Shown here one piece after another: positions 52,107 to 64,000 of a DNA stretch of 64,000 bases. Source of the stretch: the human T2T-CHM13v2.0 reference genome, Homo sapiens. The DNA lies in assembly GCF_009914755.1 (NCBI RefSeq), contig NC_060944.1. One strand, 5' to 3'. Under the pieces are notes generated by a model. That model saw only the letters and a list, made by a program, of their open reading frames with translations, was not told the DNA's origin and ran no database searches. A program made the position numbers and the translations under genes. Numbering within the stretch: position 1 is the stretch's first letter; every line of letters starts with the position of its first letter.

Positions 52107-53805
52107 AAAGGTATTTATTGTTTAAGCTATAGCTTACAGCCTCCTTATACTTACGACATTTCATTTACTATTTCTCTTATGGTTTCTGGGGAATTCAAAC
52201 ATGGTTGAGATTGCAAGTTTTATACACAGGATGTGCAGGCATTGGTAAAAAGATTTTCATGTTGCTTTAAAGTAAGCATGCCTTTTATAAAAATGTACTG
52301 TCTATTCATACCTGAGATGAAGTACCGGCCAATCTGAGGCTCTCCCTGTATCTGAGAATAAAGAAACAGTGTATTAGAACCCTGCAGGTTCCATTCCAGA
52401 TAGACAGGTGAGGTCATCATGGTGGATGTCTCATGAAGGCTTCCAGAAACCTCAGAAACCTAAATTAGTTCTTCAAGCATTTGGAATGCTGCTGCTCTCG
52501 TAAGCATTTGGAATCCTGCTGCTGTGGTCAAGTAGTGAGGCTGACTCCAAGAAGAGTACTTTTTCATATTTTCATTATTTTCACCACTGGAGTGAACACC
52601 AAACTTCTGAGTCTTGGGTAATTATGAATATACTAACTTGGGACCAAAGGGTGAGGCCATACTGTCCTTGCCATTTGGCCATTAGAACTTAATAAATGAA
52701 CCCCTATTATTAAATAAATAAAATACAATGGGCTTGTACCTCCTTGCCATACTAGTTCAATTTTAACTACTTTATTAATTGAAATATCAGCAGCAGTAGG
52801 GTGCTAACTGCCCAGATTTTACCAAAGAGTCACTAACCATTGTGGAAGTAACTTGTGCAGTCTGCAAGTCAGGCCCATCTTATAAGTCACTGCATGGATA
52901 GTTTTCCTGCAGTCACCAGCAAACCTGTGATATTAAGGGTCCTCTTCCCTCAGTAGTCATTTTCTGTTGGATATCCATTCCAATCAACTGCTGTATCCTT
53001 AGGTAACCTTAATTTTTCTTGACAATAGGCATTTCTAAAATCCTAACTAACTGTCACAAAGAAGGTACATGTTATGGAGCTAACACATTTTTGAAGAATC
53101 AAATGAGTGCTAAGGAAGGCAGGGCTACCATTGTTTGGAGGAATCATCTGATAAGTATTTGATTTCTTCCAAATGATAAGTCCTGTCTCCTTTCTGATTC
53201 ACTTTTTTTTGAAAAACGTATAAAATGATATATTTTGGGCTCAAATAAGGTCAGTTAGAAATAGCTGGACTCATACCCAAATAGTTTGTTCTAGTTGTGA
53301 CTAAAACCCTCAGTTGAACTTTTCTCCTTAAGAGAAAAATAACAACTCTCTATATAGACATGGTGATTTGAGGAAATTCTCTGATGTAGCTAATGTAAAC
53401 AATTATGTATCATTGAGTCTAGGAAACTGGATTCTCCAAATTATTTCTCTTGTAAAAATGTATTTGTTAAGTAAACTGTAGTCCACACCACTTCCTCAGC
53501 CTTCTCCAAAGAAACACACTGCTTGAACAATCAAAGGATTACAAATTTGAAAGAGAAATTAAAGTTCATCTCACTGAACTCACTACCAACAGAAGTCACC
53601 ATTTATTCTGAAAAAATCAAGATTATTTCCCAGGGACTGTTTTGCAACTAGCATTGTATTTAGGGAGCTTGAAGAAATATATGCATTTATTCACATTTTA
53701 ACTATATTTCTTGGCATTCTTTCTGCATCCAGAATTTTTATTTTCTTCTTTTTTTCCAAATAGCAAACAAGCTTTGATCTTATATCAGTAAATTTATTCC
53801 CAAGG

Positions 53806-54193
53806 TGTCTTAGTCGATTTTGTGCTGCTATAACAGAATACCACAGACTGATTAATTGATAGTGAACAGAAATGTATTGGCTCACAGTTCTGGAAACTGA
53901 GAACTCCAATATTGAGGTGCTGACATCTGGCAAGGGCCTTTTTGTTGCGTCATTACGTTGCAGGGGGATCACGTGGTGGAAAGGCAAATAGAGGGTTAGA
54001 GAGAGACAGAAAAGGGAACCAAACCCACCCTTTTGTAAAGAACCCACTGCTTTGATAACAGCCTTAATTCATTTGTGAAGGTTGAGTCCTCATGGCCTGA
54101 TCACCTGTTAAAGGTCCCGCCTCTTAACACTGTTACAATGGCAATTAAATTTCAACATGAGTTTTGGAAGGCACAAACACTCAAACCATAGCA
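53806..54193 (-). mobile_element. MSTC/MSTD-like solo LTR
   Basis: TGTCTTAGTC...GCTGCTATAACAGAATACCAC...ATTTCAACATGAGTTTTGG...CAAACCATAGCA; TSD CAAGG/CAAGA. Confidence 0.9.
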
Positions 54194-56299
54194 CAAGAGT
54201 AAGCAGAAAATATGCCAGAAAGCATGGGAAAATATTACTAAAGACTCATGTCATTAGTATACAAATGAAAAGTTTTCACTTCTGTAGTTATTGTAATCCA
54301 AGATTCTCAAACTTCATAGATTGGGAGGATTTGATTTTATACATTGTCAGTTCAATGTTGATTTGGCTAGAAAGATTTGATGTTACTTGTTTAACTATTT
54401 GAAACTGAGTGCTATCTGTGGTCCTTGGGTGCAGTGGAGGGGGAAACGATCTGATGAACTCATGGAGGAACATAGGTTCTGAGAATGAGATGCCTGATTG
54501 ATACCTGGCTGAGGACTTGCATGCTTGTTCTAAAATGTCTGTTCAGTTGACCTCTTCAAGCTTAATTCACACTACATTGAAGACAAATCAGCTCTTCCTC
54601 GTGTGAGGTAGACATCCATAGAAAATACCTGAGTTATCTTATCCCAGGGATAAGATAATCTATCTGCATGCCCAATTCAAGTTTGAAAACTCCTATCTTA
54701 GATTATTTTGAGAGCTTACATCTTAAACTTTAGATTTTAACAAGAGAGAACACATTAAATTTGACAAAAAATATTCATTCCCAGAAGATATTGCAAAAGA
54801 TTTCTGATCCTTATATTCACTAGTTATTGAAATTCATATTTGGTTTGTCCTTTGGGCATAGAGTTGTTTGAACTAAGAATAATTTATTAATTTAGAAGAC
54901 ACCAATTATTAGTTTTTAGAACAGACCTACTCTACAATTTTCTAACTTTGATGATTGATACATCTCCCCAGAACCTGCCTTAATAATGACTACTCAAACC
55001 AAAGATCTGGCATTGTTAAAGGAAGAAGTAAACCATTTTTTAAAATAATCAGAATGTGTTTAAAGAAACTATACTCTTAAAAATATTCATTTTTAATGAG
55101 GGCCATGGAAGTTCATCAGCTTCAGAGTCACATGCAATCCGACCCTGGGTGGTTACACTTGTCCCAAAATCTGAACCTCCTCTGTGAAGCATTCGAGACA
55201 GAACCTTGTTATTTCTCAGACTTTGGAAAATGCATTGTATTGATGTTATGTAAAAAGCCAAACCTCTGTTCAGTGTAAATAGTTACTCCAGGGCCAACAA
55301 TCCTAGTGCTTTCCTTTTTTAAAAATGCAAATCCTATGTGATTTTAACTCTGTCTTCACCTGATTCAACTAAAAAAAAGTATTATTTTCCAAAAGTGGCC
55401 TCTTTGTCTAAAACAATAAATTTTTTTCATGTTTTAAGAATAAAATATTTATTTTTGAATGTGGTAGATGAAAAACTACATGCAAGATATTTATCTCAAA
55501 ATTATCAAAAGTCATTGAGTATTTGTGTGCATGTGGTAAGTGTATATATGTGTACATGCTCAGTAACTATGGAAACAAACAAAATAAGTCCTAAAATTGG
55601 GGAAATCTTTGTTTACCCAGTGGAGAAAGAGGAGGAACTGACCCTAAATAAGGAAGTCAAAAATGTAACAATACAGATATTTTGAAGGGCACCAAAAATT
55701 GAGCCAGAAATCTAAGTAACTGAGATGATTGTAAATAATACACAATAATAAATATAAAGCATATAATTATAAAACCATATACAACTATGTTCCTAATTTT
55801 GTCGGCTTTTAAGAAAGCTTGTTTTCTTTAGTGTTTTCTTCTCTAGGAAGCTTAGGAATAACTACATTTACAGCTCACCTATTGCAATTGCCAATACTTT
55901 ATGATATATAGTTCTGAGTAGGACTCAGATTCTATCCTTCAAATTGCTAACCAATGGCTTCCATTGACTTAATTATTGTTTTTTATTGCATCTTTAAAAA
56001 TAACTGACACACATTCATTAAGAAAAAATAATGATTATATGTAAATAAATAATACATTATCTGCCTTTGTATACATCTATCTAAATATAATATCTAGGAC
56101 CTTTAATTGCTAATAAATAAGCATGTTGCCTTCTTTGCACACATAATATGTATGCTGATAATCTTACAATAGTACGATATTTCTATTCTGAAGAAGGCTT
56201 TACCGTATTCAACTATTTAATCTCAGGAAGGTAGTTTACCTCTAATATATCAATAGCCTCTAACTGCTCTTTGATGCCCACAACAAGTTGAGACAGGCA

Positions 56300-56760
56300 G
56301 AGCCTCAAGGTGGTTTCCCTAGAATAAACATTGAGTGAAGGATGTGAAGGTGAGTAGCTTATTTGGGAGATGATCTCAGAAAGCACAGCAAGGAAATGAG
56401 AAAAGAAAGGAAATAAGACAGTACGGGATGCACAATTGAGTCCATTACTGCTCATTATCCTAGTTGAGTAACTAGGGCTCAACCTCATGAGGGATATCTG
56501 TTGATGGTTACAGTACAGAGATGTTATCAAAAGGGTGAGGTAGCTGAGCTATTTTTCTACCAACTTCAATCTGTCATTGATTGAAGACTGTTACAAGGGT
56601 CATTGATTCCTTGACACTTGCAGCCTGTCTTATATGGGGGGTTAAGCCCACTCCCAAGCTCTCTAAAACATCTGTTGCAGGTGTTTTCAGGAAGAAGCCT
56701 TTAGTAGAAAAAGCAAATACCTAGGAGATATGAGGAAGGCACCAGCAATGACTGTTATAG
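56300..56760 (-). mobile_element. LTR33-like ERVL LTR
   Basis: GTAGCTTATTTGGGAGATGATCTCAGAAAGCAC...GTCATTGATTGAAG. Confidence 0.65.
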
Positions 56761-59700
56761 AGAACAAGAGAGAGAACTGGTGACAAAGGCATCTTCAACC
56801 TTCCTGAATTCATCCTTTGCATAGTTTGATAACATATTATTCAGTTTGCTTTGTAGAACAGACAGGAGGTGAATAGTGGTTCAAATAGTTAGGACAATGG
56901 TATCCTTTTTTGGCTCTTTTAATTATAAATTATATTCTTAGGCTATTTGACATATTCAGACATCAGTGCAAGAAAATATTTCAAAGTCAAATGTAAACAC
57001 CTCTTAGATCTGCCACTGGGGTATATTCCTGCTCCCTCTTTTTCATAGCGTGGTTTCTGGAGAGCCAGATATTATCAAGTCGTGACAGCTATGAGGGCAA
57101 AGGAGAAATCAGGAATGAGTTTTTTACACACTCTTTCTGCAGTTATTTCTTTCCGTACTTTCTATAAGGCACCGTGAACCAAATTCCATCTGGTTCCCAT
57201 GCATTGTAACACTTTAGATATCTGCCTCAGACTTCTCTGGAGATAAACTTCTGGCTAACTTGTTTTAAGGCCTTCTGTCCTGATCCTTTTATATCTCCAA
57301 CAGTCAGCTTCTGTCAAACTTGTGGGAAATAAAGGATTTTACAGATGCTGATAAAAGATCAGAGGCACAAACCTAGTTTAAAATTCCAAAATCGATATTT
57401 AAAAAAGGGATGAAAACCCCCAGGAAACCCCTAGGTTGTCTAAGAAGTCCTCAGTTCAAAGATGGTAATTCAGGGATGAATCTAAGGATCTGAGTGTCAA
57501 TAGGATCTAGGTTTGATAGGAAAAGAACGATCTTTTTCAGGGTGCCATGGGGACTGTTTGACTTTATGACCACTGTACAAGGTGAAACTATAAGCGAGGC
57601 AGTGGGGCCAATGGGAAATTGTGCAGAGGAAAATCATCCATTCTACTTTTCTCTAATGCTCAGTTCTTAATTTTTCTGGAGGAAAAAACAAACAGAGATT
57701 AGAGATCTCATCGGTTTATCCAAAGATTCCATTTTAACACACAGCCAAATTAATAAGGTTTAAAATGACCAACTGAATAAGGAGACAGCTGTATATCTTC
57801 AAGATATTGTATATGATCTTCAAGGTTAAGAGTAAGGGTTGAGGTGCCATTTTTGTGGAATCTTCTAGAACCTAGATTGCAAGGGTTACTTTTCTAAGCA
57901 AATGTCTTCACCTGTAGATTTGGCCTGATTTTGTCTTAAGCCAGGTGAGACAGTCTGACTGTTACAGGATACTGGTGTCAGACACACGTTTTCCTTAAAT
58001 CTGTTAAGGCCACTTGAATCTGAGACTTTGTTTTCCAACCAAATTATCCTGTTCCTCTGTGGATCTGAAATCCTGGTCTGAACAGTAGCTCTTCTGCCTT
58101 TACCTTGCAGACAGTTTCTCCAACATTTAGGTTCTCCCCACGCCCCTAACTTCCTCATGAATAAGCAACTTACCTAGATGTCAGTGCTGGTATCTGGAGT
58201 CTTTCTGATGTCTGCATGTTCCTGGAATATATTCTCAGTACACCAGCGTCTTCATACTCATAGTCTTTCCCAGCTTTTGAAACCTCTACAAGCCAGGTTT
58301 TCAGTCTCTAATCTGTCTGTATGGGACTAGCCAGCTGCCCATGATGGGATAATTCCTGCAGACCAATGGCTCAGAACTCTTGACTGCCTTTGTTGTTCAG
58401 GTTTCAACACACCTGGAGTCTCAGTCCGACATGTTTATGCTAGAGCTCCCTATGACAGGGTGATAGAGTCATTTGATGGTCCCAGGATAAGGATGTTAAA
58501 TCCCTGGTACTTATGACACTACTCCTTGTTTCTAAACAGGGATTGACAAAGACTTTTTAATCAATTAGTGTGCACTTCCACACCCAGGCCAGACATGGTC
58601 ACATGGTTTTCCTCACTTTATTATTTTACACAGCTAATTCCCAGAGATATCAGTTAAACAAAACCCACATTCTATCCCTAGTGGAAAGCTTGCTGCTAAA
58701 GCCAGTGCTTAGGAGAGAGGGCACCACAAGTTGACTCCGAATATGAGTTTCTGGGGAGGGACAACATCGCTGGAAGCATGAGACAGGGAGCTGACTGGGG
58801 AGAGATAGAAATTGAATCACATTGAAGGATAACTAGGAGCAGAATCTCTAAATGGACCAATGACACTCAAATTCTTGGTTTTGGCCACACTCAATTCTTC
58901 AGCAATCCTGGCTCAGCAGTTCAGGGTCAGAGAAGCAGAGAGCAGATTGATCCAAATATGGGAAGTCCCAGTAGAGCAATATAAAGAGCCACAAATGAAT
59001 ATATTGGGAGGTATCTCAACACTTCCTATTGAGTACGGAACACACAGCATGGCACTAATCTTAGTCATGGTGGTGAGCACAGCTTATCAAAGAGCTATAG
59101 TACCTCTTAAAGAAGCATTTTGCCAAGCTTAAGATGTGGCTCCCCTTTATCATGGAGAAGAGAAACTGAGATTCAAACAGGATTGCTTTAATGCCACATT
59201 AATAATGGCCAAGTGGATCTAATTGTAAACTTGCAATGTTTGTTTATGTGAGTCCTACCTAATTTCCCCAGGATCTTCTGCTCCCAAATTTTTAGAGCTG
59301 GAGTCACTACTGCTCCAACCAGTAGACACTCATGAGATCCTGAGCCAACATTGATCAGGCAGGGCATAGACCAGCCATCATGCCCCCAACATTTGTCAGG
59401 GCTTGGAATAAGTCATTGTCTTTTTTGGAGAAGAGGGACAATTATACTCTTTTCTTCATAATTACAACTCTATCCTTGAGATTAGGCACACTCACATTAA
59501 TTCTGTCCCTCTTTCTTATTTTTTATTAACTCCTCTCTATCTCCAGAAGAAGAAAATCCTTTAAACTGGGTATTCAGAGCCCAGGATATTCTTGGGCCTT
59601 CATCTTCCAGTAGATGCTTATCCTGTGCCTGATAGATCCAAAGGCAAGGGAAAGCTTCATCTTTGTGTCTTTTTATGTAGTAAATAGGCCTGACAGGCCC

Positions 59701-59999
59701 TACCTGCATGTCCAGCTCTCTGCTTTCCCTATGATTGGGCAGGATTGGTACTGACATGTATGCTTGCCATTTAGGATTTCACAGAGGGAAGTAAGAGGCC
59801 CTAGTTCTGCCACATGGCCTAAAGAAAGCTCCTAATTTTTTAAACAAAGAAGCTGCATTTTAAGAGGGGATGTTTTCAAGCATTTGTCAAATTTTGATAA
59901 ACTTTAATTTGGTCACTGTTTTGCTTTTGATCCTTGTCTAAGTATAGCCCTCATGGAAGGGAACCAAAGAAGAGAGGAGGTGCAATTGGAACCATTCTG

Positions 60000-60079
60000 T
60001 TGGGTTGGTGCAAAAGTAATTGCGGTTTTTGCCATTGCTTTTAATGGCAAAAACCGCAATTACTTTTGCACCAACCTAA
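60000..60079 (+). mobile_element. MADE1 (Hsmar1 mariner MITE), near-consensus; miR-548-type hairpin
   Basis: 80 bp with perfect 34-bp arms GGTTGGTGCAAAAGTAATTGCGGTTTTTGCCATT, 6-nt spacer, TG/TA target flanks. Confidence 0.97.
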
Positions 60080-60404
60080 TAGTCCCCTAAACTTACTCTG
60101 GCCTACTCAAGGGTATTCTCAAACCCATAATCTAGTATAGGCCAAACTACTGGGCTGCTTTCTGTAGCCCTTCTCATTGACTTACTTGGTCGTTGTCTAG
60201 TAAGTTACCATAATGATAACTTATAGCTGATGTTATTGAATCACTGCAAACATTCTCTGGACCACCAAGCTCTAACTAGCAAAGAAAAAGGTTTTGTTAA
60301 TCTCTACATTTGCCCCTTCCCCAAAAATAAAAATAAATAAAAAGTAGCCATGTAATGTCATAGCGAATTCATTTGAGCACAGAAGTAATAAGTTCAATTT
60401 TATA

Positions 60405-60471
60405 AAGGTTGGTGCAAAAGTAATTGTGGTTGAAAGTAATGGCAAAACCAATTACTTTTGCACCAGCCTAA
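60405..60471 (-). mobile_element. Second MADE1, internally deleted, opposite orientation
   Basis: AGGTTGGTGCAAAAGTAATTGTGGTT-GAAAGT-AATGGCAAAACCAATTACTTTTGCACCAGCCTAA, flanked by TA. Confidence 0.93.
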
Positions 60472-62249
60472 TATGAGTCAAGCTTCATAAGAGTTATTGG
60501 CCATCTGAAGAGCTGTGTTGAGAAGGAATCTGATACCATACCAAAGATCAATGTGAAATCATGATTTGATTAATTAAATATGCTATGAATATGAGAGAGG
60601 GGAAACGTTATCATGAGTGCCAAATATTTGTTATTTCATGCCTAGAATACAAGCTTCCATGGATGCATCAGAAATGTGGCCAACACCTACACATGTTCAG
60701 AAATAAAGTGTATTTTCTTTATTACTTAAAATATAGCATGATCATATGTCACTTTTCCCCATGGTGGATGGATTTACACTTGTAGATATTGGTTGACAGC
60801 ACCTCATTTCACTCTCAAATTTGTCCCAATTTGGACAGTATGTATGATGGTCAGCCTATGAGATTAGTTCTACTACATCCTAAGTCCGAGACTTAAAATT
60901 ATAGAGTGGAAGGTAAGAGCCTTTCTAAATTATAGTAACCCTCCTAGGGCGCAAATAAAATTGCCTGGCCTTGTCAAAAGTTGACAAAAAATCACATTCA
61001 TTGATGTTAAACGTAGTATATACATATAGAGAATAATACTTCTAAATTTTTCACCATATGGCTCAAAATTCTATTACATTGTATGTTTCTAGAATGCAGG
61101 GTATTATGATTTTGGCATACAATCTAGCATTAGAACACAAATATCTGCTTCTACAGTCACTATGTGTCTGAGAACACAGCACTAAATCCCTAGCTTGCAC
61201 GTGGAAGTGTTAAAATATCTCCAGAAACTTAGGTAAACAACACGAAACTCAAAGTGTACACATGCACACATGCAAATGCATATTCTTTAAGTGGAACATA
61301 TTAGGTTTAGCATTTATACATGAAGCAATATAACTGATGCATATAGTACCTATTTCTGAAACAAGTTCAGCAATGTCTCCTCCAACCCTCCAACTCCATT
61401 TTTAAGTCCCAGAATAAATGCCCTTTTATGTCTCAGCAGAAGGCCCAGCCAATTCTGCAAATGGTCTTGGAAAATTGCCTTCAGAATGGAGTCTCTCCAG
61501 GGAAGGTTTACTGTAGAAAAAGCAGAGATACATGGGGATTTTCAAGATCCAGAAAAAGGCAAAGGAGGAGGTAGAAGGTAACTTGAAGCAGATGGCATCC
61601 ATTTCTCTTTACCCAGTAGTTCTATTCATTATTAACAGCAACAGTTTCCACTTGTGTGGAGAACAATTTTGTATTGATCCAATTTAACTTGCTAAATCCA
61701 CAAGCCCAGGGTCTATATTCCAGGCAGTCCACTGTGGGGAAATTATTCCTGTTGGGAACAATGATTTTCTATTTTGGAAACTGAATTCAATTGAATCTGA
61801 CCCGACAAATATCTGAGGGCTTATTATGTAACACCTCTCTCTCTTTATATTTTATTGTGCCCTGAAGAAATACTAAAATTAACCAAGTGGAAAACTATAA
61901 AATAAGACATGGTAAGTGCCATGATCAGAGTAAATAATTAACAAATTGCTCAGATGTTAGGAAGACTTTATTCAACTGAAGTAACCAGCAAAGAATTCAA
62001 GAAGGAAATACCATTTTAAATTTTCCCAAATAGATGGGTAGATTTTTAATGGGAAACAAGAGGGACTACCATTCTTGGAGGAATTCACCCAGCATATGAA
62101 AAGGCACACAGGGAGAGACTTCAAGAGGCTTGTGTTTGGAGAGCAAGATTATTTTACTAGATTAAGATTACATAAAGTACCAAAAAACTATGGCATGTTT
62201 GATAAATTTCAGTTCAATCTATTTGTGAAATAATTTATCCAAAGCTCAT

Positions 62250-64000
62250 AGAAGATATTATTTTATCACCCTATAATCTAAATGCACACCAATGAGAATT
62301 TGAACAAGTTGACACTAAAATATTCCAAATAACTCTTTGAAGAAAGAGAAAGCAAAAACTGGAAAATAATGAGAGTGAGGATGCTACCAATCTAAGGTTA
62401 TTATCTGTAGGTAAAGCTTTCTTATCAGGCAACGTCACATCAATGTATGGTTTTACTGAACAAGAAAGAATAAAAAATACCTAAGTATTTATATCAAGAA
62501 GTTAGTATTAAGCACAACAAATTAAGCATAAAGAAAAAAGGATGAAGCATATAAAAGTAGAAACTAATGAATTAAAATAAAAGCAAAGCAAACATAAATG
62601 GTGGGAAGAGAACAACATAAATATAAAGACAAATAAAACTGATCAGTTATATAACATCAGATATTAGAGTAAATAAATGATAAGAATCTGATGCATCCAT
62701 TGAGGCAAACAAATGTTAGTGTCAAAGACAAGAATATTTTTAATAAAAAAAATTGCCAAAACATACTCAAGAAAAAATATAGTCTAAATAAACCAATAAC
62801 CTGAGAAAATGGCAGAGAGCTGGGTGAGAGAATTTAGCAAGGGCCATTGTGTTTTCCAATGAGTTATTAGAAATTTTAGAAAAATACACTTTCCATGAGA
62901 AAATAATAGTTACATGCCATGAAATATTATGCAATGCATCCCAGTTAAATTGAGTCATCTGGAAGAATCCAAATAAAATTGAATCCAACAAAACCAGGTA
63001 AGCTTTAACCCAGCAATACAATTTACTAGAATATAAAAACCAAGCTCTCTCCAGCATGCAAAGATACAGCCAGAAAGTAGCTGTCTACAAGCCAGGAAGA
63101 GGGCCCTCACCAGAACCTGACCATGTCAACCTCCAGAACTATGAGAAATAAAAGTCTGTTGTTTAAGAAAAAAAAAAAAAAAACAGACAACAAAAACAAA
63201 AAACACCAGCACCAATAGCAACAATCCTATAGCTTTAGTATGATATATCAGTAGGCCAAAAGAGAAAATATTATATTTATTTTAGTGGCAGAAATGACAC
63301 TTTATATAATTCAATTAAAAGTTAATATTACTACTATAACCAGAATTTTTTATGATAAAAGATAACTTTTTTAAGCAGCACAATCTAGCATAAAAGTAGA
63401 ACCATTCTTTCAAAGTCAGGAACAAGGTGAGAAATGTTGCTTTATTATTTTTTAAGCTTGTTTGTAAAGTTCTAGCAAGGGCAATAAGATAAGAAACAAA
63501 ATAATTAATAATAATTAAGAAGACAGTTCTATCACTATTCACTGAGGATATGATTCAGAAAATACAGAATCTTAAAAAATGTTTAATTTTATGAAAAATA
63601 TAAATTACCTAAATATACTAAGAAAGCCTAAATATGAAAAAGAAATATAAATAACCCAATATAAAATCAAATACTTTATTTAGTCAAAAACAAGAAATAA
63701 TACAATGAAAATATTAATTATAAGGGCAATTATCTGTATGTTCATGAAATTACACACTAACTTCATAAATAAAACCTATTAAGTCCAAACTAATAATACA
63801 ATATAATTAAAGTCCTGATTAACAAGGCTAAGGTGGGGTTTGAGATCACTGAGATTTTAAAGTAAATAACTTTTTCCTATTCAAGAGAAAGATCATTTGT
63901 TTATTAACGTCAGATTCTATAAAATTAAAATGTATGTTATGATACTTAATATAAAGAATAAAAGAATAGAATAGGAAATATAGCTTCTAAACTAGAGCAA
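62250..64000 (+). mobile_element. Old L1M ORF2 fragments
   Basis: A-rich; AAAGTAGAAACTAATGAA, TAGAACCATTCTTTCAAAGTCAGGAACAAG, GTTCTAGCAAGGGCAATAAG, TCACTATTCACTGAGGATATGAT. Confidence 0.7.
63046..63198 (+). mobile_element. MLT1A/B LTR fragment ending at its poly(A) site, with A-tail and imperfect TSD (retrocopy)
   Basis: CAAGCCAGGAAGAGGGCCCTCACCAGAACCTGACCATG...AATAAA(63147)...GTTTAAG then A16. Confidence 0.85.

Noticed and set aside
53065-53245. Possible hAT DNA-transposon fragments (also ~25650-25810)
   Set aside because: Resemblance too weak to name a family without a Dfam search
55338-55685. 115-aa ORF and nearby AATAAA signals as a possible terminal exon
   Set aside because: GTG start, AT-rich composition and no convincing splice acceptor; AATAAA is frequent by chance here
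58085-58180. Splice-donor-like motifs on the minus strand (AG|GTAAGT, AG|GTAAAG)
   Set aside because: No paired acceptor and coherent exon could be established from sequence alone

Overview
Primate (human-like) nuclear DNA that is AT-rich, CpG-depleted and dense in interspersed repeats: L1PA/L1PB/L1M, L2, MIR, five Alus, MaLR/ERVL solo LTRs and MER5/MER20/MER1B/MER2/MADE1 DNA transposons. I find no intact protein-coding gene, CpG island, rRNA or full tRNA. The ORFs in the track are L1 ORF2 relics, repeat read-throughs or short unsupported frames, so this is most likely intergenic DNA or a deep intron. The features that standard annotation explains least are: (1) a highly eroded ~26-bp-period tandem array at ~12.9-13.6 kb; (2) two MADE1 elements ~325 bp apart, one a perfect hairpin carrying miR-548-type sequences; (3) a near-perfect 28-bp-arm hairpin at 11.1 kb; (4) a polyadenylated MLT1 LTR retrocopy at 63.1 kb; (5) a twin-primed, 3'-truncated L1PA with an internal duplication; (6) templated junction DNA at an L1PB; (7) a tRNA-Glu-like half inserted in an L1M; and (8) an AluY with strongly asymmetric CpG decay. 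Subfamily names come from remembered consensus sequences, not from a search, and boundaries of old elements are approximate.
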